Source: Crassostrea angulata (lineage: Eukaryota). From it: a stretch of 64,000 bases of DNA. The stretch is from NCBI RefSeq assembly GCF_025612915.1, contig NC_069115.1:25663757-25727756 (forward strand), in the 5' to 3' direction. Positions 1 through 13,600 of the stretch are shown one piece after another. Numbering within the stretch: the stretch's first letter is position 1; each line of letters begins with the position of its first letter. Made by a program: the position numbers and the translations under genes. A model generated the notes under the pieces. That model searched no databases and was not told the DNA's origin. It worked only from the letters and a program-made list of their open reading frames with translations.

Positions 1-427
1 AGTAAGCATTACGGGTGTTAAATATGTTAATATTCTTGATGGGCCATCAGACACCACCAAATACGTTGATTTTGTGGGTGAAGCGGCAAATAGCTTCACA
101 GACGATGGGGAGAGGGCTATCCATGTGGGTGACGTGCTAGTGGTAGATAATGCCCCTACATGTATACACCACCATGCCGCTGAGAGGATTTGAATGAACT
201 GGCTTCCCACAATTGGAGCAGAATACTTGTTCCTACCAACTTATTCCCCGGATCTAAACCCAGCAGAACAATGTTTTCGGAAAGTGAAAACTTTGCTTAA
301 AAATGACCGGTACAGAGTAAGACTTAGCGACAACTTTAAAATGGCTGTACTCGAAGCATTTGGGGAAATCACTATTTCTGACACACTGTCATTTTTTCAC
401 ACAACTGAGCGTGTACATACTGGATAA
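1..427 (+). pseudogene. Tc1/mariner-IS630-like DDE transposase, C-terminal fragment (window starts inside the ORF; one in-frame TGA at 190-192)
   Basis: Frame 2 translates as ...GDVLVVDNAPTCIHHH...(stop)...LPTYSPDLNPAEQCF..., i.e. the DNAxH second catalytic Asp motif and the YSPDLNPxE third catalytic Glu motif typical of Tc1-like transposases. Overlaps track ORF 194..427. The internal stop indicates decay. Confidence 0.7.
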
Positions 428-1029
428 AATCCGATGTCAATAAATATTCATGTGTTTGTTTTCTGTTTTTGTTTTGTTGTTGATTTTTTTAACACAAGAG
501 GCATTCTGAATGTGATTGTAGTAAAATGAAGTGAAAGTTTACCGTGTGAAACATATCATCGTGAATGAAAAGTCTGACCCAATTTTGTGACGCTGTTTCA
601 AATGAAATATTATACAATTATTTAATGCTTGAGCAGTCAATAGACCAGAATATTTTTCCCGAGGTGCAGAGAACAGCTCAGTATGATCTATTGCCCGAGG
701 CCAAAGGCTGTTCCCTGCACCAAGGGGAAAATTCTGGTCTATTGACTGTTCAAGCATTAAATAATTGTTTTATTACCTAATTCCTTTTTTAGTTTTCGGG
801 GTTTACAATTTGCATATTGCAGATAGTTTTCGCGCCATTATGCAATGTATTAAGACTTTTTTTCATCTTTTACATGCACAAAACCTGTTGTTTTGCCTCG
901 GACTAGAATGTCTCGACGTCATTGGATGAATCGCGTCACGTGGTTGCCTCATAAATTTCTTTACAGGGCAAGCGTCAAAATTTAAACGGCAACATGGCGG
1001 ACGTAACGTTATTTGAGCTGATTTTTTAC

Positions 1030-1135
1030 AAGTCTCGTTCAACCAGACGCTCGGCTGTCTCCGTAAATTTCCGACGAGCAGCTCTGTTGTCGGAGATTTA
1101 CGGAGACAGCTGAGCGTCTGGTTGAACGAGACTAA
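1030..1135. repeat. About 100-bp perfect foldback (arms about 45 bp: AGTCTCGTTCAACCAGACGCTCGGCTGTCTCCGTAAAT...); a related half-copy lies at 8913-8946
   Basis: Direct reading of reverse-complementary arms. A nearby nested GC-rich palindrome at 1261-1320 (GAGGGCGAAGCCCTCTCACGGGCCCTTCGGGCCCGTGAGAGCGAAGCTCTCCC) shares a GCGAAGC core with the palindrome at 2934-2985. Confidence 0.8.
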
Positions 1136-2309
1136 CGCCGAAAACATCTTATCAATGTGTAAACCTTTGTGACGTCACTCGATTATTTTTGATTGAGCGT
1201 GTACTGACGTGAACTTTAGAGGTAGCACTGACTGTATGTCGTAACATCGTTATTGTTTTTATAGAGGGCGAAGCCCTCTCACGGGCCCTTCGGGCCCGTG
1301 AGAGCGAAGCTCTCCCTATAGACAACACGTGTACATATGTCTAAAAATAGAAATTACACTCTATATATGACAGACACATTGTAAAATATTTCCCCATTCT
1401 AATTCACCCCCCCCCCCCCTCCCCAAAAAAATGTGTAAACCATTCGTATATGATTAAAAAATACAATAATGTTCAAATTACTAACAATCTGCCATAAAAA
1501 TAAAAGCAAATAGGGAGATTATTTGGAGCAATATGCATTATAAATACTTAAAAATTATTTATAATAGGAAGTATTGATCTGCATTCACAATCAAAAATAT
1601 GCATTGTACATGCACTAAATGTAAGACATTTGTCAGACAAACTCAGATTAAATTATACACCCCGGTATGTACAATATACATCATTTGCACCTTATGATGT
1701 GAATTAGCTAGGGTACTATCTCAATTCTCTAGTTTTAATGCACAAATCAATCACTGAATATTTAATAATTCAGTGTTTGGATGACAAATTTTAGTGAATT
1801 TAGGGAACAAAAATAATCTTAATATCTGTCCATACTTGAGAAATATTCTCAAGAAAATTGATTTTCTTATTATAAAAAAAATTACGCCTTTACTCTTTAA
1901 TTCATGTTTTATGCATATATACATTTAAAATAAGGGAGTAAAATGTTAAAATACTTCATGCTGAGAAATTATCCAGAGATCTGCAATGTAGATACTACAT
2001 GTAGCTGCAGCCAGGTTTTATCCAATATATATGCATACATTACTTCAGACTAGACAATAAGACATCAAAATAATACACATGTATATATATTGATAGAATC
2101 AAAATAATTTTTAACTGTCCCAAGATTTTTTGCTTCATTATTAGTTATTCATCAATATCCCTACCTTTGCTAGCCAAGGGTTTGTGATCTCCAGGAGCGG
2201 CGCGGATCAAAAACCCTTGGCTTACAAAGAAGAAGTATTTCAGAGTTCAAACAATATTTATTTACATACCAGAATGAAAATTTGTTTACAGGTTTTTGTA
2301 TTTGAATTT

Positions 2310-2313
<4 letters not shown>

Positions 2314-2388
<75 letters not shown>
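2314..2388. repeat. (CT)37 microsatellite
   Basis: Direct reading. Track ORFs 2170..2445 and 2184..2405 are translations of this repeat (RERERE/SLSLSL). Confidence 0.95.
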
Positions 2389-2390
<2 letters not shown>

Positions 2391-3595
2391 TACTTGTTCG
2401 GCTGAAAAAGCGGTTGTTAAATAAAAATATATGGTGATATTGCAAATGATAAATTTTTCTTTCCTGTGAAAATCTATGTCAGTAAAAAAACAAAAGATGT
2501 TTTAATGAAGGATTTCAATTGTATTTCTTTTAGCTGTGTACGTTTCTATAACAATGTCAAAATGTGATGGAAACAGTAACCTGGGGCAGACTATAGTCTA
2601 TAGCATATCAGGGCCGGGCTTGAACAAATTTAATAAGCAATGAGATTAGAGTCCAAACAAAACAATTTATGATGCCAGAGATGATTAAAAAGGCATATAC
2701 TGATCTAGCCCCATTTATATTGGCTTCGCTCTCCAAACGGTTACACCGTAAAACATATCATTGTCTTGTTGATTCTCGTGAGAGTGTGAAGTGATAAAAT
2801 TGCCATGATTACAGGGAAGTACTGGGACGATTAAAACAATGCATTGCTGGTCCGATTTACTGACGCCAAAAAAAAACCGTTGAATGAATGTGCAACTAGT
2901 CCGAATTGTCCATTCACACATGCCTTGCCAGTAGAGCTCGCTTCGCTCCGGCGCTGCGCGCCGGCGAGCTGCGCTCGCTATTAATCCCAGATACTTGAAA
3001 TTTTAACATACTCTTTGTTCAGGGATTCATTTTTTAACAAATTGCACATCAACTTCTATTTCATGTCTACTTTGATTTTTTTTTAGCCTTAATTTTCAAA
3101 TTTTGTCAAATTTTTTTTCAGTAACTTATAATATACCAATCGCAGATTCTGGAAATTTTATATGTTTTACCTGATGGAGTTTACGGGCAAAGTCAGTTAT
3201 GTCTTCCTCGCTAATGGGGGCTCTGTCATTTAAATATCGAGGATCAAAGAAGGCATTTTTTACTTCCTCAATTGGCGCATTAATTCCTGTCACTGAATAC
3301 AATTGACATAACATATCATTCAACTGTTAATGATTAGATTGCTTCGATATATATTAAAAATTTTTATATATGTTGTCAATATGTTAAATCCTTTCAATTA
3401 AATTAATTTCATCAGCAATCAATAGAACATTACAAATCAAAATTGAGGTTTATATTTGTTAAGTAAAAATAATTGTACTAAAAATTTTTAAATGTAAAAT
3501 CTGATAACATATCTTGTTTTGGTACATGCATTTCAATGTTCAAGGTATCTATGATTAAATGCTGTATTGTTTCAATCTAATTAAAATTAGACCTT

Positions 3596-3700
3596 TCATC
3601 TCGCTCTCTGTTATATATGGATACCGCTCGTGAAAGGATCTCCTTTCACGAGCGGTATCCATATATAACAGAGAGCAAGATGAAAGGTCTAATTTTAATA
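3596..3700. repeat. About 105-bp near-perfect foldback (GACCTTTCATCTCGCTCTCTGTTATATATGGATACCGCTCGTGAAAGGA / reverse complement)
   Basis: Direct reading. Candidate hairpin MITE or regulatory palindrome. Confidence 0.8.
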
Positions 3701-4432
3701 AGATTGTGTATATATTGTTTATACCTGTAGCTTGCCTTGTGGATCCTTAGTTTGCTTATTTCTACTGGCTGGTCATGTGCTTGTGGCGGCATGGACCATC
3801 TGTGACGGATTTCTGCTCATAATTTTCCAGTTCATATAAACTTGCACCGATATATCTACAAGCTCCGTCTGCTCTAAAATAAGTTTATAAAACTCATATA
3901 AATTCTAAATCCCAAAATTTACAAAACTTTATTGTGTGGGCAGATATTGCAGGCACATAGCATAAGGAGGATTCTTAAATTACTGTGGAATCATTATGTT
4001 TGTTTTGTTTTAATTTTTTTTTCTTTCAAGAATTTTTTGATGAGTTTGCAATTTAGGTTTTTTGATCAGACTTCAACCTCTGGTGATCCATAGACGCTCC
4101 CAGATAATTTAGTAAATGAAGAACGATATATATTTATTTCTACCCTTTATACTATAAATCAATTGTTTTTATAGTATAGAGGGTAGACATACCCATTCCG
4201 GGCCACGTCAGACTGTTTCTTTGATATTTTGCAAAGCTGTTCTATTTAAATTTTATACAAAAAAATCAGGGAAGTATATACGTCCCTGCTTAAAAATATA
4301 TCAAGGTTTATTTTAAATAAAATAAAAATTAAAAATAATAAAAAATGACATACTTTTTGCATGTGAGTCTATCTCGATACGAAGTGTCTTTCAGAGCGAA
4401 CGTCATTATAATATTCCGGTGATTAGTCTTCG

Positions 4433-4644
4433 CCTGCAAGGGAGTGTGACTAAAATGGGTAGCGAAACCCGGGTCGGGCCGGGATTTTCGAAACTGATAA
4501 CCGGGTTTTTGTTGATTTCTTAAAAAATACTCATTTGTTCTGCACGAAATTTGCAGGAATACTTTATTACAACTTGTTTTATCAGTTTCGAAAATCCCGG
4601 CCCGCCCCGGGTTTCGCTACCCATTTTAGTTACACCCTGCAAGG
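4433..4644. mobile_element. MITE, about 212 bp, with about 60-bp terminal inverted repeats
   Basis: GGAGTGTGACTAAAATGGGTAGCGAAACCCGGGTCGGGCCGGGATTTTCGAAACTGATAA at the left and its reverse complement at the right. Flanked by the direct repeat (C)TGCAAG. Confidence 0.6.
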
Positions 4645-7600
4645 AAAATTTCACAACTTCCGGTTATCTGACATGAATGTCAGTGTCCATGGTGTCAGAG
4701 CTTGAAAAAAGGGGGAAAAGATAGACACATGATGATGTCAAACAGTATTCTTGGATTAAAACCACTGCAATTTGTCCATGTATTGGACTTGGTGAGTACT
4801 AGGCCATTTATATCCTGGCTTTACCGGTTTTTGATAGTGCATTTTTTTTTTCACTTAAGAAAAACTGTCCAGGTTTGCCCTAAAATATAATTCATTTGTT
4901 ATATTAAGTTTAACAATCAGCAATTCATTATGTATTTATGTGATTTTTTGTTTTCAAATCAACAAAAATTCTAGGAGCTATTTGACATTTTATGGATCCG
5001 CCATAACCAGAGTTGTTTTGAACGACGTCACCTATTTTCGATAGGAAGTTATAGATAAATATTGGAAATAATTTAATATACTCTCTTCTCATTATATCGC
5101 GGGTTCCGTTGTATCGCGGTATGTTCCAAAAAATAGGATTCTCGTTTTTTCCGCGATTTTCCACAAGGAGTTCATGCACCAACTTCAGGATGAGTACAAA
5201 GAAGGTTGTCAAATATATCGGCAAATAAAATTTTTCTCACAAATAAAAATTTTCCGGAGAGAAGGCATATAAAAAGTACACAATGTATCTGATATAAAAA
5301 AAAAAAACTAAATAAAAAGCATAATAGAATGTATATAATTTAATGACTTTGCTTTCATGAAGAATCATATTTTATTTAAAAAAAATAAAAACTGTCCGTT
5401 AGGCCAAACAAAAATTATTCCTGATTCCTGTCACTTGACCAAAAAAATTAGGGTAGGTAGGTAGGAAAAAAAAATTATTTTTAAAAAATATTTTATTTTT
5501 AAAAACTTGGAGCATGTGTGTAATAATGAGAGAGATGTATATTCCCAGTATGTAAATAGATGATTTAAAATTTCCAAAGGTCTTTGTATTGTTGATGCAT
5601 GCAATGTATAGAAAACAACAGGCAAAGAAAAAAAATAGATTAATTTTTTAATTAAAAATAAAAACTAATTTTATTTGCAAAATTTAATCTATGTGTATGA
5701 ATGTATTTATCCTTTTATGGATAAATATTTTTGTATTGTATTACCGGTAGCTTAATGTCAATATCAACATGATTAATTAAATCACTCTCTGTACTACCCT
5801 TTGACTAACTACCGTACGTTATGTAGAGGATCTGTTTAATTCTCAAGATAATGAAGAAAGTAGTTTTATGATAATTTTAACATTTATTGCAGTTATTAAC
5901 TAATAACAGGTTATTGACTAACTGTAATATCAGGATTTAAAGTAATAAACATTGTTTTTGTAATTTCCAATATACAGTATGTTGTTGCATCACCCGTATT
6001 TATAACTCCTGAAGGTAAGATAGTCGCAAGTTATTCACCACAAGGTATATTTATGCAGTAAAAATGTCTGCAGATTAATTTTCTATCATTCTTTCGCCAG
6101 TGAGGTTAATTTACACGATTATGAACTCAGAAGACTTGGTCATCTTCACTTCTCTTTCTGAGGAAATTCTGGCGAATTTACCGATCACCACCATGATCAC
6201 AAAAAAACTTTTAGGGTCGGAGGGTAAAAGATAGGGTCGGTCGGGCGACAGGAAACAGGAATCATTTTTTTTTTGGCCTTATAACTGAACCTGGCTTCCA
6301 GATTTCCAATGCCGCGATACAATGGAGTTCTCTAATTTTGAATGTGAATGAGACTTGTGAATTAAAAATAGCACACAAAATAAATTACGTAAGTTGGGAA
6401 ATTGATGTTCCTCAGAAAAGCTAGTCTAATAAAAGCTTTTTGAACAGCACTAATGACATGTGAAAATGATAACTTAGTATATCTTTTTTTAGGGAAAAAT
6501 AAGTACCGCGATATTATGAGACACCAGTATAAAACCAATTTGTGGAGTTCTAAATTTTTTAATATGTTTAACGGTGCTACCGTTGGGGCGAGCGCGGCAA
6601 GAATTACACATACATGTACATTGCATCAATATCAACTTAGTGTTATTTATCAACTAACATCAAAGAATTAGAGACAGAGAGGGGGGGGAGAGAGAGAGAG
6701 AGAGAACTATAAGATTTCTAAGTTATAAAATTCTTACAAAATACATAGATTTGCTTCCACCTAAAACTGTTCTTTACTTTGGAGAGAATTGATCAGTCTG
6801 TCAAAACGTTATTTGTGTTTATTTTTGTCAAAATTGTTAACGATAAATACAGTAATTATTTTTTTTTTTATCCTGTTATCAGAATTTTATTTTGTTCCTG
6901 GTTCATATATTTTTTTTTTTGCATTCTAATAACATACGTTGTATCCGTGCCCCCGGTCCCTATTTGTAGGTGTGTATTTCCTTACTAATTTAATGGTTTG
7001 ACAATATGCAATATCTGTATAGAATTTTTAACTGTTTATTTTTTCTATTATTTTTTTTTCCAATTTTTTTTACCTTTATTGCAGTATGTATTATATGTGT
7101 CTGTTTGATACTAAACGGTATAAACTGATATATACTTTTCATCTTTAATGATAAGTTGAACAAAACCTAAATTCTAAATTCTTTGATATTTATTTTCATT
7201 TCGATAAATGTTTATACAGCAATCTCCCTGCATACATGTTGTAACAGGGGTATTAGTTGTGTTTAATGGAATCAAACAAACGCCTGTTGGGGTTTTGAAA
7301 ATCTTCGGATTTTATTGACATATCAGAGATTCATTTTGAAAATGGTCTTTATGGGTCCTGAGGACCCCTCTTAATCGTAAATATGAGTCCCAAGCCGAAA
7401 ACAATGAGTCAATATTTTATTCCATAAAGAAAAAGAATATCGAACAAGCTACATTAATTCAAACTTAATTCCTAATTGACCATACTATTATAGACAGGCT
7501 AAGTGCCATCACTGGGACACTTCCGAGTTTTCTCTGCTTCTTTATCGCGACTATCAATTTAATTTCACATCCTGGATCAGCTTTCCCTTCAGTATGAACC

Positions 7601-10600
7601 TCTCTATTGTTATAAATTTCAGATTAATTGCCACTTGTCTTCTTTTTCATAAACTCTGGTCAATCTATCCTGGTTCAGGAGAAAATTTATCTGCTTTATT
7701 TGGTGGCATCGTGATTGACATCAATTTTCCTGCCGTAATGTCATGTATCATTTGATCTCATTGGTCAATCATTTAGTGTTGACCAATGAAATTTCAGGTT
7801 TTGTAGTGTGTGTGTTTTTTATTCGGAACATATCGGGTGTCTTGTTAGTAGGTTAAGAAAGGAGCAAACGATGTTCTGGAATTCCTTAGTGAGAACATGT
7901 TTGTGTTTTTCTAAATTTGATGCGTCCTTTGGGATGCACAATAAATAAAATAATGCATCCTGAGCAAAACTTGTGCGTGTTTTACTCAGGACGCACATCA
8001 AAATGAATCACTGCATATGTAGTAAGAAAATGAATAGCCCTATACAATAAATAACAACAATATAAATACCGTATACGGTATAAAAATAGTAGTTGCGATA
8101 AAGGAGAATAACTCTTTTCATCAATCCATTATATTAATTATGTTATATATTCATATCTTAAAATAGGTTTACAATGATATTTATCATATTTATCTATAAC
8201 GCCAAATAAAAAAATATGTTTGGTTCCGGTAACATCTTTAAAAAAATAAGAGTAGGTATAAGTAGGGATTTTTTGAGTTTTTGTTTTTGTTTAAAGAGTA
8301 GAAATGTATGAAATAATTTTCTTAGTACTTAGACCTAGCACTGCATTGCAGGTGGCATTATTAAGTGAAATAAATTTACTAAATCAAGATTGGTAGGGAG
8401 CATCTAGCTTTTAACTATGAAACAATGAAAAATAATTTTTAAATACAAATTTTTAATACAAAAAAGTATTACATGTTCATGCAGTATTAATTAGGGCTGG
8501 GGTGATTCGGAGTTCATTCAATTTGATTCAATTTTGATTCAGAATGATATGGTTCCATACATTTTTATTCGATTTATTTGAACAAAAGTCAATCTCAATA
8601 TTTCTCATTTTAAATTGAAATCAAAATACTGAAGAACTGACGGGAGTTGATTTTGTCGATGTTTATTTATTTCAAAATCAGTGATATGTTATTTTGCATG
8701 ACAAGTACATGTAGTTTTTAATTTGAATTAAGCCCATTTTTATAATATGAATTTTTGGACTTTTTTGACAAGATTTATTATAATATCGAAAAAAACCCAT
8801 ATGAATTAATCATGTTAAATAATATTTAAAGATAAAATTAATTGAATCAAACTATGTATCAGTAATAGATATATTTCTTAAACATTGTATGGATCCAAGC
8901 AAAAGGATTTACGGAGACAACCGAGCGTCGAGTTGAACGAGACTATATTGAACTCTGGCGTAGGAATACATACGACTATATAAAATATTTAAATTGTTCG
9001 TACCATTTAAAATCTGACTATTTTCAAGGTATTTATGAATAAGTTTCCTTGAAAACAATGCTTTAGCATGACATTACATCAAATTTATCAATTATTTTCA
9101 ATAACTAATTTTTGTCAGCAGCAATGATTTGTGCTGAGGTCCAAACACCGTTTCACTTTCGGTTTGTCTGAGTAACTGCATAGGAGAGTTGATTAAAATC
9201 AACTCCCAAAAATGATCTTTTAAATTACCTTGCAGATTCCATTACAATTCAATTTAGGGACCAACTTAGAGCAACATTTTAGAGAGATTCACTTCTATCA
9301 TACAGAAAAATAGGTAGAAGCTTGAGAAATCAGAGAGACTTCCATTTCTTGACTATAGCATAATGCTAATGATGATATACAAAGATTAAGTCCTTAATGA
9401 TTTAGATTGGATTAGAAACAAATCAATAAAAACTATAACAGCAATCTAAAATTTTAAAAAAAATTATCCAATTTTTTGAAATTAATTTATTTGATGTATT
9501 CATGCATTTTATATATATATGAAATGTTTTGCAGTTGTGCTAGCTTAATGAAAAATAAAATCAGTCTTCGTACTTTGGTGTATTTTGGAGGTATTAGTAC
9601 AACCCTTTGACCCAATTACAAATGTTATGCAGAGGATCTTTTATTTTTTAAAATAACTGTTAACAACTTGTTTTATGATTATTTCAGCTTTAATTTGGCA
9701 GTGTTATTAACTGATTAAAAGCTAGAAACTGATTATGATATAATCACTGAAAGAAATAAACATCAGTTGTAATTTTCAATGCACATATGTGGTTGTATCA
9801 CCCGTATTTATAACCTCTAAAGATAAGACAGGGGCAAGTTGTAAATCACAACAGGGGATAATTATCAATTTCACAGCCTCAGTTTCATTTTATTGCCTTT
9901 GGGTTTAACGAGGCCGAGTACAGAACGAGTACGCACGCTTTCGCGCAGCGTTTCATTTGTATTGTGACGTCATCTTTTTGCTTGGTTGACGCCATGGCGT
10001 GATAGTTTCAACTGCAGACATTCAGCGAAATTTGTTGAAAATGGCTCGTTTAATGCGTAAAATTAATGTTATATTGTGGAATAAACATAACTGTCTCGAA
10101 GTATAAGCTATATTTGGGCTCGGGTCGAAAACGTGAAGAGGGTTCAGCAGGTCTAGCCCTTTGTCACGTTTTCTTAACCCGCCTAAATATAGCTTAATTC
10201 ATATATTTCAAGACAGTAACCATGTATTTTATATTAATGACCCTTAATATGTGATGTTATATATTTTTTATTACTTCAATATGTCTGAATACTTTAATAA
10301 TACTATAAAGATCACCTTTTCCGCCTTTGTCAAATAAAAAATAGCCATTATCTGACAAATCTGGGAAATTGGGCATACAAAAATCAACTTTGATAAGACC
10401 CCTGGAACAAACCAGGAGGTAAAAGGTTTTTTTTATTTGACCATTTGATGCCTTTTAGCAATAACTTTAATATGTAGAACAGAAAAAGAAATCCCTAGGG
10501 CAGAAGTTTAAAAATTTTTGCAAAATTGATACATTTCAAGCGAATTCCCATAGGGTCCTATGTTAAAAACTAACAAACTTTGAGATGACCCCCTAAACAA

Positions 10601-11444
10601 ACGGTGTGGTAAATGTCTTTTTTTGTAATCTTAAAATAATAATTATATCAGTAGAAATTCAGGTAAAAAATTTCATTAAAAAATCTAGGGCAGAACTAAT
10701 TAGACCCGGCCTCGTTAATTTACACGATTGTGAACTCAGAATACAGAGTGACTTCAACATGTTCAACATCTCTTTCGAAGGAAATTCCTGAGAAGTTATA
10801 GATCATAAAGCGAGTATGTCGCCCCCTAGGTTGGTCTTATTTTATTTATTGTGATGCACAAAAGGTACAAACACTTCTTGATTGATCTTCTTTTCCATCA
10901 ACTGATAGGAATTAAAATGTTCCCACGCTAATTGAAGGCCGCCATTGCTGCATGAAACTAAATCTAATATCAAAGTCAGTGACGGAAAAATTTGAAAATT
11001 GGCGAAAAAAAGTTTACGGTCGGGGGTATAAAATAGGGAAGGTCGGGTGACCGGAACAACAGATTTTTTTATTTGGCCTAATGTCTATAAAGACGTCACT
11101 ATATTAAATATAAATCATTGAATATGGATAAAAAACCATTCTAAGGGAATGCGCTGTTGTACATACATGTACCATATATTTTATGGTACATGAATATTCA
11201 ATATACAGTATACTATCTGGTATGGCATATGTGTCAACTACTACAAATTATTATAAATTTTACATTAATAAACTTATTTTCACAATATAAAGGGATAAAA
11301 AAGGTAAACATATTCATGTTATTCTTATCTATTAAAAAGTTGATATCTCACAAAATCATTCACTATTACTATGCATAAACTATTATTTTCATTTAAATTG
11401 AATTTTGATTTTAATTTATTAAAATTTTAGAATTCACTCATAAA

Positions 11445-12123
11445 CAGGTCCAGTACAATCTCCAGATTTAGCTATATAGCTTGAATAAGCTAAATAGCTT
11501 TATTAAGCTATTCAGAGTAGCTTCATTTAACTATTTTGTCAAACATTTTTCATAAATGTTTAATTATTTCAGCATGTATAAAAAATCGCACTTTAGTGCA
11601 GTGATAATTTTCAACTTTGAACTGTTCTGTTAACAATGCATGTATAGATTACTCATAAATTTGCGTCTCCTTTTAAAAGAGACTTTGCACTACAAGTTTT
11701 GGGGCAACTGATTCATGACCACACAGTTACTTCTTGAATGAAATATAAAGGTGGTCATTTATGGTGAACAAGATAATTGATTCCAGGTAATAATTTATCA
11801 CAATGAGAGGAAATCATACTTATCCAGGCCTCATTGCACACAAAGTGGTGAACAGTTACCCAAACAATGGAAATATATTTTTTGCTTAAAAGTGTTTAAA
11901 AGACGCAGTGTTAAAATTAGCTTTAATTTGGGTCAAGTTTATAATGGTCAATGGCGCAAATATGAGTAGCAAGTTAATTGCGATTTTTCATCCATTTCTT
12001 ACAATAAATATTTTCTTCAAAAACTGCAAAGAAATAGCTTTATTAAGCTATTTTGAATAGCTTTATAAAGCTATATAGCTTTTTCAAGCTATATAGCTAA
12101 ATCAAGAGATTGTACTGGACCTG
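11445..12123. mobile_element. MITE-like element, about 680 bp, with about 90-bp TIRs (CAGGTCCAGTACAATCTC..GATTTAGCTATATAGCTTGAA..)
   Basis: Long imperfect inverted repeats at 11445-11535 and 12030-12123. ATAAA directly flanks both ends (11440-44 and 12124-28). Confidence 0.5.
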
Positions 12124-13023
12124 ATAAAGAAATGTAGAACAGTTGATTGAAATTGTTAGAATTAGTAACGGTAATATTAACTTTATCTATTTATTTATAT
12201 TTATTATTTTCTTTTTTTGTTTGCATTTGCTTTGAAGAAAATGTGAAAGAGAAGAGAGTGTGAAAGGGAAAGAAAGAGTGTGAAAGTGAAAATGCCAAAA
12301 AACTCCATATGTATTACCTTGATTATGAAAGCATATATGATTGTGAAAATAGAAGAAAAAAAAAATAATAAAAAATATATTAACTTACCAAAAGGTAGAG
12401 TTTGTCGTGAATCAAAAGTCAGCTTTCAAATATAAATAACCTCCAGTCTCTTTGATGTAACAAAGAAACATGAAAAACCAGCTCAAGAATTTGAAGGGAA
12501 ATCTCAATCAACCAATGAAATCAAAGAACACAAAACTAAAAACCAATGGAATATCTAGATACATTATATTTTTGGACAGAACCTTAATTACAGTAATTTC
12601 CACCCTAAGGCAATTTATGTCATGGTCAAGATAGCTGCCTGCTCTATTCAACTGACCAAGACCAGATTTTTAAGTTTATAATTATTGGATTTTATTAGAT
12701 ACTTTAATAAAATACTTTTTAAATTTACTTGTGCAATAAATAGTACATAATTATGTTATTTTAATTATCAATAAATTAATGACTTTAATTTATGGATTTA
12801 TTTATTTTATAATTATTAATAATAAATCATAAGTTCAAGTTCATTTATTTTCACTCATAAAATAATTATATACAAAAGTATAAGAAAAGCAGGATTAACA
12901 TAAGAGAAACAGAATAAAGTAAACAATGAATTTTTTATAGTTGTTACGTAGGATGACCGACCAAATCAAATATTTACACATTTTCATAAGAAGTACATCA
13001 TTTGAAGATGACATAAGTTTCTA

Positions 13024-13600
13024 AAGGACTATGTGCGGTATGGTCAAATATCTGCCCCCGATTTCAACCAATTTTTCAGTAGTATCGTATAAAAATGAAA
13101 TCTTCACAAATCATTGTAAAGAGGATGCCTATAACTTTAATCTTGATTTTAGTCATCATTGCTCACTCGCTGTTTATCTATGACGTCACCTAAATGACCT
13201 AATTCCCGCAAATTTGCAAACAAATGAGGATATTCTCATTTTTGCTCTATATTTTGCATTCGGAAGTATAGAGCGCAGGTCTGCTCAAGTGCGATTTTAA
13301 CATATGTTTTTCTTCAGATAGTTATACATATCATACTAAAAAATGGTACTTGAGCAAGCCTGCGCTCGATGTTTCCAAGTCGAAAAATCATCGGAAAACA
13401 CCCATATTTTGCCACAAAACATCAATTTATCAAAATAATGCAATATTCATGACGTCATTTCTACATTATGACGTCACTATGGTGATAACCTTTTACACTT
13501 TTAATTCCAATATGATTTTAACTATCTTTCACCTTATTTTAAAGCTCTTTCAAGAACTTTGATTTTGGGGGGCAAAAATTGCATAAAACCGCACTTAGTC
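13024..13600. repeat. About 580-bp interspersed element, copy 1 (copy 2 at 24408-24990, over 95% identical)
   Basis: Near-identical direct copies 11.4 kb apart. Contains several TGACGTCA palindromes and an internal inverted repeat (GAGCGCAGGTCTGCTCAAGTGC / GTACTTGAGCAAGCCTGCGCTC). Track ORFs 13350..13562 and 24736..24948 are the same repeat-encoded frame. Confidence 0.8.

Noticed and set aside
2170-2445. Track ORFs 2170..2445 (-) and 2184..2405 (+) with RERERE/SLSLSL runs
   Set aside because: They are translations of the (CT)37 microsatellite, not coding.
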